Shown here one piece after another: positions 43,788-56,110 of a DNA stretch of 64,000 nt (its first letter is position 1; every line of letters starts with the position of its first letter). Position numbers and translations under genes: made by a program. The stretch comes from Chrysomallon squamiferum. Lineage: Eukaryota; Animalia; Mollusca. The DNA is taken from contig CM022671.1 of the NCBI GenBank assembly GCA_012295275.1, positions 9,796,001-9,860,000 on the forward strand, written 5' to 3'. The notes under the pieces are model-generated. The model made no database searches. It worked only from the letters and a program-made list of their open reading frames with translations, and was not told the DNA's origin.

Positions 43788-44894
43788 TTAATGCAAATAC
43801 TGTTGATGTTATTGATATGTTGAGTATGAAAATGTTTTTTTCATTATTCTTATATGTTTATTCAGAATTATCTTCTTGTATCATCTAAAACAGATTAACA
43901 CCATGTATATCACATGTACCAAATCTAGAATCAAAACATAAACCTCAAACACTAATCATACGTGAAAACAAAAGAAATCAAATACAGAACACTCACACAG
44001 GATCCAAAACTGGCCGATACAAATACTTCTCTACATTCTGAGTTTTCCTTAAGGGGAAAGCAGTCATCCTTTAGGTCAACTTATTTGCTCTGTTTCTGGT
44101 AAAAAGAAAGGGATACCTAAGTGAAAATGTTTTTTGAGTTATAATTACTCATGTAAGACAATAAAAATATTATTATAATAGCAGTAGTGGCAGTAGTAGT
44201 AGTAGTAGTAGTGATTGTAATGATAATAATAATCAGAATGAGAAAAAAGATTCTAGAAGAGATTTAAATTATAAGTCTTAACTATTCAGGACATGTTATT
44301 GTAAAATATCTTTAACTTGTTATGTTCCGCATCAAAATGTCTATTTAATTTTCCTTATTAGTTTATTCATCATTATCTTCTTATATCATCTAAAACAGAC
44401 TAACACCATGTATATCACATGTACTAAATCTAGAATTACAACATAAACCTCAGACACTAATCATACCTGAAACTAAAACAAAGCAAATACAGCACACTCA
44501 CACAGGATCCCCACTGGCCGATACAAATACTTCTCTACATTGTCAGTTTTCCTTAGGTGCAAAGCAGTCATCCTTCAGGTCAACTTTTTTGTTCTGTTTC
44601 TGGTAAAAAGAAAGGGTTACATAAGTGAAAATGGTTTTTGATTTATAATTAGTCATCTAAGACAATAAAAATATTATATTAATAGCAGTAGTGACACTAG
44701 AACCAGTAGTAGTGATTATAATGATAATAATAAGAATGATAAAAGAGATTCTAGAAAGGATTTAAATTTTAAATCTTAACTATTCAGGACTTGTTATTGT
44801 AAAATATCTTTAACTTGTTATGTTCCGCATCAAAATGTCTATTTAATTTTCTGTATTAGTTTATTCATTAATGCAAATACTGTTGATGTTATTG
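43788..44894. mobile_element. 1.08-kb insertion made of a ~500-bp tandem dimer, flanked by a 27-bp direct repeat
   Basis: TTAATGCAAATACTGTTGATGTTATTG at 43788-43814 and 44868-44894; units 43867-44370 and 44372-44867; empty site with one diverged copy at ~5080-5106 in copy A. Confidence 0.7.
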
Positions 44895-45669
44895 TTATGA
44901 CAACTACTACTACTACCACTTTCACCATTATTTACTATTACACTTTTCATCTGAAACTTCCTCTCACCTTTAAAGCAGCAGCGAGGCCTTTAGTGAGAGC
45001 AGTTTTATCAGATAATCCATTACTAGACAGATCTAGTTCTGTGAGTCCAGTGTTTTCCACTAGTCGGTGATAGAAGTTTCATATCAGTGGAGCCTGAAAT
45101 AAATAAGAAAGTTAATAAATTTCAAAAAAATATATAATGAAAAATTTAGATGATTGAGTATGTGCTAATGTTTCTTAGAGAGAGAGAAAGAGAAAGACAG
45201 TAAGAGAGAGAGCAAGAAAGAGTCTCAGTACAGAGAGAGAGAGTAGCTCTTACATTTTATCTCTGAATATTATAATAATTTATGAATGAAATAAAATTAT
45301 TTTTATTTAGTGGACTGTGTATATATATATATATATATATGGCAGGAAAAGAAAATAAATAAAACGACATGACTAAAACCAGAAGAAGAAGAAGAAAACA
45401 GAGTTTTCACTGTTGTGTTTTCTTTAAGAGCTGGACTGACACGGTGAGAGAAATATTCATTTCCTAGAGTACTACTCAACAAATTCAAATATTCCTGTTT
45501 ACCAACAACTTTTTACCTATACAGTCTTAGAAACAAAACACTCAAATTGTGTTTATTAGTAGTAGCAATAACAGCAGTAGAACTAGTGGTAAAAGTGGTA
45601 ATGTCGGTTGTAGTAGTTTTATTATTAGTAACAGTAGTAGTAGTAGCAGCAGTGGCAGCAGCAGCAGTT

Positions 45670-45711
<42 letters not shown>

Positions 45712-46448
45712 ACAGCCTCAGCAGAATTTGTAGTTGTAGTATTAGTGATAATAGTACTGGTAGCAGTGATAGTGGTAATAATTGTTGTGTTGTAACAGTA
45801 CAAGTACCAGTAATAGTGGTAATAGTTGTAGTATTAATAGTAACTACTACTTGTAGTAATATTGGTAATATTTGTAGTTTTAGTACAACAGTACTAGTAG
45901 TAGTAACAGTGGTAGTGATAACTGTGGTAGAATTAGCTTAGGTTGTATAGTATAAGTAGATACAATATGTAGAGGTAGTAAATAACTGCAGACCCCATGG
46001 TAGTAGTAGTAGTAGATGTAATAACAGTAGTAAAAATAATATTAACTTTTGTAGTGTAAGTAGCAACAGTAGAAACAGCTGTAACAGACATAGTGGTAAA
46101 TAGATATATAATAATTACTGGTAACAGATTTAGTGTGCTGAAAGTCACTGTTAGTAACTATTTTTTCAGTAGTAGAATAATAGTAGTAACAGTGGTAGTA
46201 GCAGAAGTAGCAATATTAGAAGTTAACAGATAATACGCTAATTACTACTCTAATAACAAGAACAACAACAACAATAATAATAATAAGAAGAAGAAGAAGA
46301 AGAAGAAGATGGCAAAGAAGAAGATGGAGAACAAGAAGAGAGAATAAGATTTCTTTTCTCACAATTTTACACATAAATATAAAAATAATTTCTTGTTACT
46401 GGTATAACTATAAACATTATGTAATGAATATGGAATTCTTTAAACCGG

Positions 46449-46481
<33 letters not shown>

Positions 46482-49329
46482 TTTTATTATTATTATTGTC
46501 ATTATTATTGTTATTATTATAAAACATTTTATAACAGCTGGAATTAAGATTACTCACAGCACTCTCAATGTCTGTTTTGTTGGATGGAAAGCCTGGATTC
46601 CAAGACTGTTTGCTGATAAATTTAAAACCTAGGTAAAAAAAATATTAATGAAAATATAAAACCACTAAATTATTCAGTAGGTTGTAATTTTAAATAAAAT
46701 AATGAAGAGGTTGATAATAATTAATGTGAATATTATGTAATTCAGTATGATTATATTTTAAACAAATTAAAAAGAAATGGAAAAATAAAAATAAATAAAT
46801 GATAGATACACACATAGATAGACAGAGAGAAGATAGATAGAAACATTTATAAATAAATAAAAATAAATAAATAAATAAACTAAAAACAGTCAACTGTCTA
46901 CTAGAACATGTTTTACGAGAATCTTTATACATTAAAACTATAAATACATTTTAAATTATTTAAATAACTGATACGTAAGCTATTTATATTCAGAATTATA
47001 AAAAGAGAACTTACAGAAAGATTATATATAATATTTTCTTTCTTTGTTATACTTCAAAAAATATTACAACTTTGACAATAATTGTTAAAAATCATAAAGA
47101 AAAGAAAGGAAGAAAAAAGAAAGAAACCTAAAATCTTGCTAATGAGGAACAAATAAGAAATGATACATAAAGACACAGACTGACAAACAGATAAATATAC
47201 AGTAAGTAGAGTCAGGCAGATTATCAGAAAGAAATACACACAGACAAACAGATAAGTATATAGTAAGTATATAGTAAAGTATATAGACAGATTCTCAGAA
47301 AGACAAACATATTTATCTGAACATTTTCAAGGAAAGAAATACAGACAAACAGAAAAGCAGAGAGAGATAGAATTAAAATAAATAAATAGGGAGGCAGACA
47401 GAAAGAGAAATAAAGAGATAGACTAAGACATTTACATTTAAACATTTTAAAACCTGACCAAGTGGTAAAGCTTGTTGCAGTTTAAGTCTTGGTCTGGCTG
47501 CTTTCAGCAAAAACTCTGGTTTCACAAGAAGATTAGACATGATCAAACTTTTTCTGCAGCAGTAGATCCATATCTTCCATGCTGTCACCCTTACTGAAAG
47601 AAAGTTTTGAAACTAATTTCTTTTCTTTTGTCAGAGTTGTTTCAGCAGTTTGTTCACTTTCTTTCTTAGACATTATTTTTACTGAATACCTCTGGCAATG
47701 GGTGGTGGTATTTCTGGTTTCTTTTCTAGTGTGTCTGGATGTTTCTGAATGTTGAGTTTCCAGTGTTTGGTGCGGTGATGTCAGTTTGTCTTGGGTCTAA
47801 TGGTGGTACTGGTGTTGTTGGTGCTGACTGCTGTTTCTTTTCCAATGATGTAAAACCTATGTCAGTTCTGTGGAAAGAAAAAATATAGAAATCAAAAAAT
47901 ATATATATATAAACAGAGGGCAGACCTTGAAATTAAGAGAAAACATGGTTGCAAACATAAATACAACAAATTATATACGTACATACATACACACTATAAT
48001 AATTAAAAAAAAGAATTATAATTCTTTAAATAAAATCAGCAGGAGCACAAAATTAAAAAAAAGAAAAAAAGAGAGAAATTAAAATAATGAAAGAAAACTG
48101 AAGAACTAAAAGAAATAATATAGTATTTTTTAAGTGATGTCAGGAAAAAATAAGTAAATAACAACTAAAGGCAACATAAAAGAATAAGCAGAAACTAGGA
48201 AATGAAGAATAAGAAACCAGAACAATGCAGAAGAAAATTAACAAGAATAAGAATGGTTAGTAGAATCATACAAAAAATAATAATAATAATAATAATAAAT
48301 AAATAATAAAAATCATTAAAATAAAAATGAAGAATTTAAAATATGAAGAAACAAAAAGAAAGAAGAATAAGAACTACGAACAGAAACTGGGAGACAAAAA
48401 ATAGTAAGTAAATTGTACATTACAAAAATCTTGCTTATCAATAAAATAACTGAAAATCAATACAGACAAGAGGAACACACAAGAAAAAAAAGAAGATTTT
48501 TGAAGAAATTACAATGTAAAAAAACCAAGAAACAATAATCATGGTAAATAGGTTTAAAATCTATATAAGTAAACACAGAAATAAGAAGAAAGAAGAAGAA
48601 AAGAAGAAACAAGAAGACAGATGATAGCACACACACACACACGTGCTGCACAAAAAAAAACAAAAAAATTATCCGGTAATTTATTTTTATCAATCTTGAT
48701 TTAAATCATTTTGTAAAGAAAGATTTATTTTGGATCATTCGTTATTTTCCGACTGCCAAAACTGTTGCATATTATGACATGTAAAATAATATTATGATGC
48801 TTGCTGAAAGATGAAGTTAGTGTCTTTATATCGCTTCATCTCAGAATTTTTGGTTTATACATGGTAGACTTTTTTGATAGTGTAAAACTAATGACGTAAT
48901 CGAGAACTGTTTTCAACTCGCATGTCACTTTTTCATTTTCATAAACAACAGAAATACAAATAATTTTCTTTTTATCTTCTTCCTTTTTTTAGCACCAAAA
49001 GAATTTAATGAATTTTTATTTATTTTCAGTATTTTGTTTTTCAATACAAAATAAAAACAAAATATTTTTTGTTTTTTTTAATTTACATTTTTCTTCTTTC
49101 TTTTTTTTTCTTTCTTTCTTACTTAATATTATATAAATTTTCTCTAATTAGGACTAGTAGTAGTAGCAGTAGTCGTAGTAGTAGTAGTAGTATTTCTTTT
49201 TCCAAATGAAAAAAAAAGAGTAAGTTTGAGTGAGAGTAATAAAATAATAATAATTATTATTTAAAATCAGTACTGAAATATATTTAATTTACATTTTTAC
49301 CAACAACAGCAAAAATGAAAATGTATTAA

Positions 49330-50255
49330 AATATGTATAATGAATGTGAGTCACTGTTTCATGTACGAGTCACTGTTTCTTACTATTTGTTCACAACTGG
49401 GCAATTTTGTGCATTTTGTACATTCCCCTTTTTTTAGCCAGATTTATCTAAATAAACAAATATACAAAGAAAAATTAATAAAATAAAAATAAAATAACAA
49501 TAAATAAAAAATAAGCATCAAGTTTATTATTCTAATCTTAACATACATTATTTTACCTATTTCAAGCTAGGAGCATTTGATTAATTTGCACAATAAAATA
49601 TCTGGTAAGAAAAATTTCAGTCATGGAAAAAAGTATTATAAATTATCAATGAATTATACTTTAACAATGTTTTAGTACTGACTTTATTTATCTGGATATG
49701 ATAGTAACATTCAAGAAGCAGCAAAAATAACTTTAAAAATGACTTAATCCTTTACCTGAGCAAACCTTACAATTCATGAGTTAAAACCTTGATTAAAAAT
49801 GTAATTTTTAAAGGTGTGCATTACTTAGAACAAAATAAAGAGAATACTACCATTTTAGCTAAGTCTGTGTGAAATAAATATTTACCATAAAATAATGATT
49901 AGTGGCTCTTGTTTTAAAACATACAGAAGAAAAGAAAAGGTTGCCCAAATAGTTTTATTATTAGTTATTATTATAAAACATATCGAGACCACTTACTTCA
50001 GAACAGTTCTCTCTTTTATTGACTTCCTCTGTCTGGCTAGTAACAGTATCAGATGAATTTGTCATCTTCAGGATTTTTTTCTCAAAATCACCTGCAAAAC
50101 CAGAAAGAGATTTAAACACCTTCAACAAAATTAACATAGATCTGCTTTTCTTTATGAACTGATTTCAAACATACCTCAACAGCATTCCTTGGTCCAATTT
50201 TTTTGAGTTAAAACTCAGACTGTTTTGATTACTCCTAGTACAAATGTAAGCTAAA
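49330..50255 (-). pseudogene. Rearranged second copy of LRMP-like gene fragments nested in copy A'
   Basis: 50115-50190 is nearly identical to 33423-33500; 49972-50005 matches 36403-36436; 49340-49465 matches 35545-35610; order differs from the 32-36 kb copy. Confidence 0.7.
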
Positions 50256-51330
50256 AAGAAATAAAACAAAGCTAATGGAAGTATACTAAGACACACCTAC
50301 TGCTCAACTTCCAGGCTTTTGTCTTTGCTACTGTCATACACAGTGTGTTTCTTTGCCTGGTTTTAGTACATTCAAGTTTTTCAATTTTTTTCTCCCTGAT
50401 ATTTGACTGTTGAGATTTGTGTAAGACTCTCCAACTTAAGAATTGTGACGTGGTTGGCTTCAATGTCCAGGTCACCAAAATTGAGCTCTTCATCAGCAGA
50501 ATTTTCCTCAACTCTGAGTCAGAGTCACATTGGTGGGTGCACTGCCTAGTTTGAGTAAATAAATAAATAAATAAATAAATAAATATATAAATAAATAAAT
50601 AAAATACTGTAAAAAAATATAAAATAAATAAAATACTGCTACTATTACATTTACTGCAACACAACATCCAACTTTTATTACCATCATTACTGTAACTAAT
50701 ATTTCCTATTATTCCTTATTCAACTAGGGTTACTGTTATTGAAATAATACTCCCATTACTAAAATTACTATCCATTAATAATAAAAGTGATATTTTTGCT
50801 CTCTTCACTATTAGTCCTATGCCTGTATTTTGTTACACTAATATTATTATAATTACTACTATTACTACTACTATTGCTGCTGTTACATAACTCTTCTTGT
50901 TACATTTATCATAACAATTTCTCTGAAAACAACTACTATCAGTACTGCTACTACTAGTACTACCAACACTACAACCAGTAATTTGAGTACAAACAGGTTT
51001 TTTTAATCACCATGAGACTCACAAGATACATTACAAAGCTATTACAAAGCTATGGAGATCAGCTAAAACATCACCAAGATCAATTTTACAACATTACTAC
51101 AACAAGTAGTTTATTATTAATGCTGTAACAACTACATTACTACAACAATCGCAAAGACTAATACTACTACTATAACAACAACCTCGATAGATGCTCCTGT
51201 TCTGCCATATTCTTTGATGACATTTCTCTCCTGTGGTGACTCACTAAACTAGCTCTTCTTGTGTACAGAGCAGTTTCTGAAAAACAACACTATTTATTTA
51301 TCTTTGTAGTTATTTAAGTATCTGGTATCT

Positions 51331-51379
<49 letters not shown>

Positions 51380-52036
51380 AGAATAATGAGAAATACATAA
51401 GAAAACAAACTCAAATTAGCATGTTCAGATTTTTCTTTTCCAGTGGCAGCTGTACAAACTTTATCCTCAGTGCTGGACAGCACCTTCTACTGAAACAACT
51501 TCACTAGCCAACATCTGCGCATCGATTAGAGCTGTCTCTGCATTCTGAAAATAAAAATACAAATAAAATAATAAAAATAATAAACTGTTAAAAAGTTTCT
51601 GGCTGTTATTTTTGCCATTGCAGCCATCTGCCTAGTTTTTTGTTTTGCAGCATAGCAGCTGAAGTCTTTTTACCAGCATCAGCTTGTTTTCACAAAAAAA
51701 CAGACTTCAGTGGCACTCTGCCCTTTCCTTCATGTTCCTGTCTATGCTGCATGTAAACCATCGAATAATCCATATTATAGTATTCCAGCAGCACTTGCAC
51801 TCTACCATGTGATTCTGGTCAATGATTGTGTAGCTGGATGAGAATTTATAAAATATTTCACTCACAATCACATCCCATTTTTCACAGAAACATTCTTTAA
51901 AATCACTTGGAACATTTTCTCCACATGACCTGGAAAACATCAAAAATAAACAATTATTAGTAATTATTAGTGATATGAAAAATAAAATGGATAATAATAA
52001 TAAAGATTACAAAAATAATAATAATAAAAATAAAAC

Positions 52037-52067
<31 letters not shown>

Positions 52068-52194
52068 GTAGTAATAATAAGAAGAAAAAGAAGATGAAAA
52101 AGAAGGAATTACAACAAAAACAAAACAAAATGTAAATAAATAAATTAAATTAGACTACTAAGAAAAGAAGGGAAACAAAGAACAGGATAACAAA

Positions 52195-53130
52195 TTATTT
52201 GTGTGTGTTAAATATTATCATAACAAATAAATTTTATTAATATTTTACACCGTCTACATATGAAATAACCTGGTCGTGTATTTCTTAAATTTGTATTCAT
52301 CTTTAATTGTTTTTAGGGTTAACATAGAGCTACAGAGGTATTTAGCTTAAATAATATGAAAACATTTAGGGTCCCACCCATTATAAAGTTTAATAAGTTT
52401 AAAACATCATTTAAATATGTTTAATAATTAGAGAGCAAGTCAGCAATTTAACCTAAATCTCTAAAAATAATAAATCATAAATAAACTGACAGAAAACAAA
52501 CTGTCAAACAAAATTAGCATATATTCTTTTAATCGTTTTATTAGTGTATTTCAAAAGAAAAAAGAAAAAAGAAAAATAATAATAATAATAATAATAATTT
52601 TAAAATCTCTGTGACTTGTGTGGTGTTTCCTTTGATGTGTGCTACACAGGTCAATTTATTTTAAAACAAATTTATTACTGGCCACTCAAAATTTGCCCCT
52701 GATATTGATACGCTGATATATCATACAGTGATTGGTAAAACAAAATTATAGACTAAACATGATTTCTTCTTTATATGACGTTGTTTATGTTGTTCACATT
52801 AGTACCACCACTGGTGAATATATTATTAATCAAGTGTCGTTATTTGAAAAAATTATAAATAAATAAATAAATAATTGTTCCTAAATAATATGGCTGCCAT
52901 CAGGTGTCTATGACTTTTAAATTATAATTAAATAAAACGAAACAAATCCAAACACATTAATAGTTATAATATTAAATAGTAATACCTGTCTCCTTCACAA
53001 AATGAAATACTGTAAACAAGTCTTTTAATGCGATTACACCAATTCTATAAAAAATTCTTCGAACGTCAAATAAAATAGTAAATCCATAAAGACCGACAAT
53101 CATCCCGCATTTTTCCGCATATACAATCCC

Positions 53131-53166
<36 letters not shown>

Positions 53167-53440
53167 AAAATAATGTTCAAAACAAATAAATAAAATAAAG
53201 GAACATCACAATCTTTATTAAAATATATTTACTTTATTTTATTTTATTTTATTTGTTTTTTTTTTTTTTTTTTGTTTTTTTTAGCCAATCGTTGACCGTA
53301 AACTTCAAATAAACGGTGCTTTTATTTGTTTTTACCCTACTTTTTCTTTCTTCTTCTTATTTATTTTAATGCACCAAATAAAATCACAAAGCTTACAACT
53401 CACACTATAATAAGTAGCTTATTATTGTGCATGAATTTAC
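52195..53440 (-). repeat. Segmental duplicate B' (inverted homolog of 21450-22365)
   Basis: Same matches as for B; B' carries an extra ~250 bp near 52590-52815. Confidence 0.9.
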
Positions 53441-53527
53441 CAATGTTTGATTTATATATATATATATATATATATTGCCTTTTATTAAATTAGTGTCCAT
53501 ATCCTACGTCAAAAAAATATAATTATT

Positions 53528-54110
53528 ATTTCTATTAATGAGACCGTCATTGCCGTCGTTCCAGGATTGTTCTTAACACTTCATTATTCTTCTTTTTATT
53601 CGCTATTATTCTTATTTTGTGACCGTGCCCGTCATCTATTAAAAAATACTATTTCTATTAATGAGGCGTCAATGCCGTCATTCCAGGATTGTTGTCAATG
53701 GTGTACTCCTCATTATTCCTTTTCGTTTTTTTATTCACTGTTATTCTTATTTTCTGAATGTGCTCATCCCGAATTAAAATATATTATTAATATTTCTATT
53801 AATGTTGCTGTCGCTACCTTCGAATTGGCGTTGTTCTCATCGTTCTCGGTCCAATTCTCACTATTCTTTTCCTTTTTATTAATTATTATTCACTCTTTTT
53901 TAGTGTTCAGATCCTATTCTAAAATGTATTATTACTATTTCTATCAATATCACCATTGTTTCTAGCTTTCTAGAGTCCTTCTCATTATTCTTTAGCGCTT
54001 TTTATGAATCATTCCACATACTCTCTGTGCGGGCGAATCATCTCTTCAGATATATTATTGTGATTTCTGCTAATGTCGCCGTCGTTCCAGTATTGTTCTT
54101 AACGTCTTGG
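53528..54110. repeat. Degenerate ~120-140-bp tandem repeat
   Basis: atttctattaatg...gccgtc.ttccagga/tattgtt recurs at ~53528, 53650, 53792 and 54063. Confidence 0.6.
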
Positions 54111-54119
54111 TTAATATCA

Positions 54120-55010
54120 CAAGTCACTTTACAGTATTTCTTTACTTAATACTTCTAATATCACGTCACAGTGTTTATTTACTTAATACTGCTAACATCG
54201 CGTTACTGTACATATTTAGTTTTCGTAATGTCTGCTACTATTACGTTACTGTACAGTATTTATTTACTTAATACTGCTACTATCACGTTACTGTACAGTA
54301 TTTAGTTAACGCTGCAAATATCACGTTACTGTACAGTATTTATTTACTTAATACTGCTACTATCACGTTACAGTACAGTGTTTATTTAGTTAACGCTGCA
54401 AATATCACGTTACTATACAGTATTTATTTACTTAATACTGCTACTATCACGTTACTGTACAGTGTTTATTTAGTTAACGCTGCAAATATCACGTTACTGT
54501 ACAGTATTTACTTACTTAATATTGCAAATATCACGTTAATGTACAGTATGTATTTACTTAATACTGCTACTATCACGTTACTTTACAGTATTTATTTAGT
54601 TAACGCTGCAAATATCGTATTACTGTACAGTATTTATTTACTTAATTCTGCTAATGTAACGTTTCTATACAGTTTTTATTTTCTTAATACCGGTAATATC
54701 ACGTTGCTGTATAGTACTTATTTACTTAATGCTTGCTAATATCACGTTACTGTACAGTTCTTTTTTTACTATTGCTAATATCATTTTACTGCACAGTATT
54801 TATTTACTTATCTCACGTTACTGTACAGTATTTATTTTATTAATGCTGCTAATATCATGATAATGTACAATAGTTATTTACTTAATGTCTACTGATATCA
54901 TTTTACTGTACAGTATTTATTTGCAGTATTTATTTACTTAATGCTGCTGATATCACGTTACTGTACAGTATTTATTTACTTAATATCTGCTAATATCACG
55001 TTACTGTACT
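54120..55010. repeat. 42-bp satellite, ~21 copies, with palindromic core TACTGTACAGTA
   Basis: tatcacgtta at 54361, 54403 and 54445 gives period 42. Confidence 0.93.
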
Positions 55011-55319
55011 GAATTTATTGACAAGAGGAGATTCTTCATTTTCACTGAATAAGGTCCTCTACAGAGAAAAAGAATAAAAAAGAAAAAGAAAAATAGAAAT
55101 TAAATAAAGTGTAATGACAGCTGTAATGCACTTTTTAATCTTTTTTTTTTTCTTGAGGAGTGTTTTTTTTTCTTTTCTTTTTTGTCTATATGTTACTTTA
55201 TTCTGACACAAACAAATTATTAATATAATTTCCATAATGTAGTTAGGCAGACAGACAGACAAATAGAAAAATAGGTAGATATATATAATCAAAGGATAAC
55301 ACAAACATACCACACCAAA

Positions 55320-56110
55320 AGTTTACGTCCGTATCACATCTCTACAGCTCTGTACTAGCAGGAAGAGACTTGGCAATAGCTTTAAGAAATTTCAGTTATG
55401 TTTATGAAGGAACTAAATTGGAAAAGTTGAAAACAATTTCAGATCAAATTGAACATCAGTGTTCCACAGCACTAAAAGATCCAAATCGTTACATAGCAAA
55501 TCCAATTGGTGCATTTTTATATATTAAACGTTTCACGTTGGACTGGGAACGAGATGCACAGCCTATTCTTCACGAAAGTATTACGTCTCAGACAGAATTA
55601 ACCGAACTACAAGAAATTCGTGAACATCTTCCAAGTTACGAAGCTTTAGAAGTGGCCGCTACAGCTCTGTTTCGACTTCAAGACACGTACAAATTAAATG
55701 CTACAAGATTAGCAGACGTTTTATATATGAACGATATATACAGAGATTATAAGCAGAAGACTGTTATCAATTAGGTCGCCTTGCATACATAATGAAAAAA
55801 TACAAATATGTACATTTCTGGATGGAGATAAGTCTTGAGAAAGTAAGAACAAAAAAAATTCAGAACTAATCTCGGTTAGAACTTCATGACTATGCAATAC
55901 ACGGTAGAGAATTTGCGGGACAGAGAGGACACGTTTTAAATTTGACAAATGAACAATTAATGTTAGCTAGTGGACTAGAACTTGCTCCGAACAGAAGGAA
56001 AAAGTATTCAAGTATATCAAAACGTAGCAAAGAAAAGAGAAAAAGTGCCAGAGTTAAAGAAAAAAAAAACTTTCGATGCTCTATGTCGTGGTGAAGACAT
56101 TATTAAAAAA
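55320..56110 (+). pseudogene. P4HA: Prolyl 4-hydroxylase alpha subunit pseudogene (N-terminal/TPR part, intronless)
   Basis: FTSVSHL...ALKDPNRYIANPIGAFLYIKRFTLDW...LPSYEALEVAATALFRLQDTYKL (P4Ha_N motifs), frameshift to AEDCYQLGRLAY...WME, then FDALCRGED at 56072-56098. No signal peptide and no dioxygenase domain. Confidence 0.9.

Larger units (their letters stand above)
39640..51929 (-). pseudogene. Inverted paralog (copy A') of the LRR-RRM pseudogene
   Basis: Reverse-complement matches to copy A exons and introns: 51929-51600 (to 85-400), 51545-51400 (to 1337-1480), 47870-47450 (to 1932-2290), 45510-45400, 45094-44968, 41818-41710, 41594-41518, 41052-40938. Keeps exons 40390-40302 and 39791-~39640 that copy A has lost. 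Confidence 0.88.
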
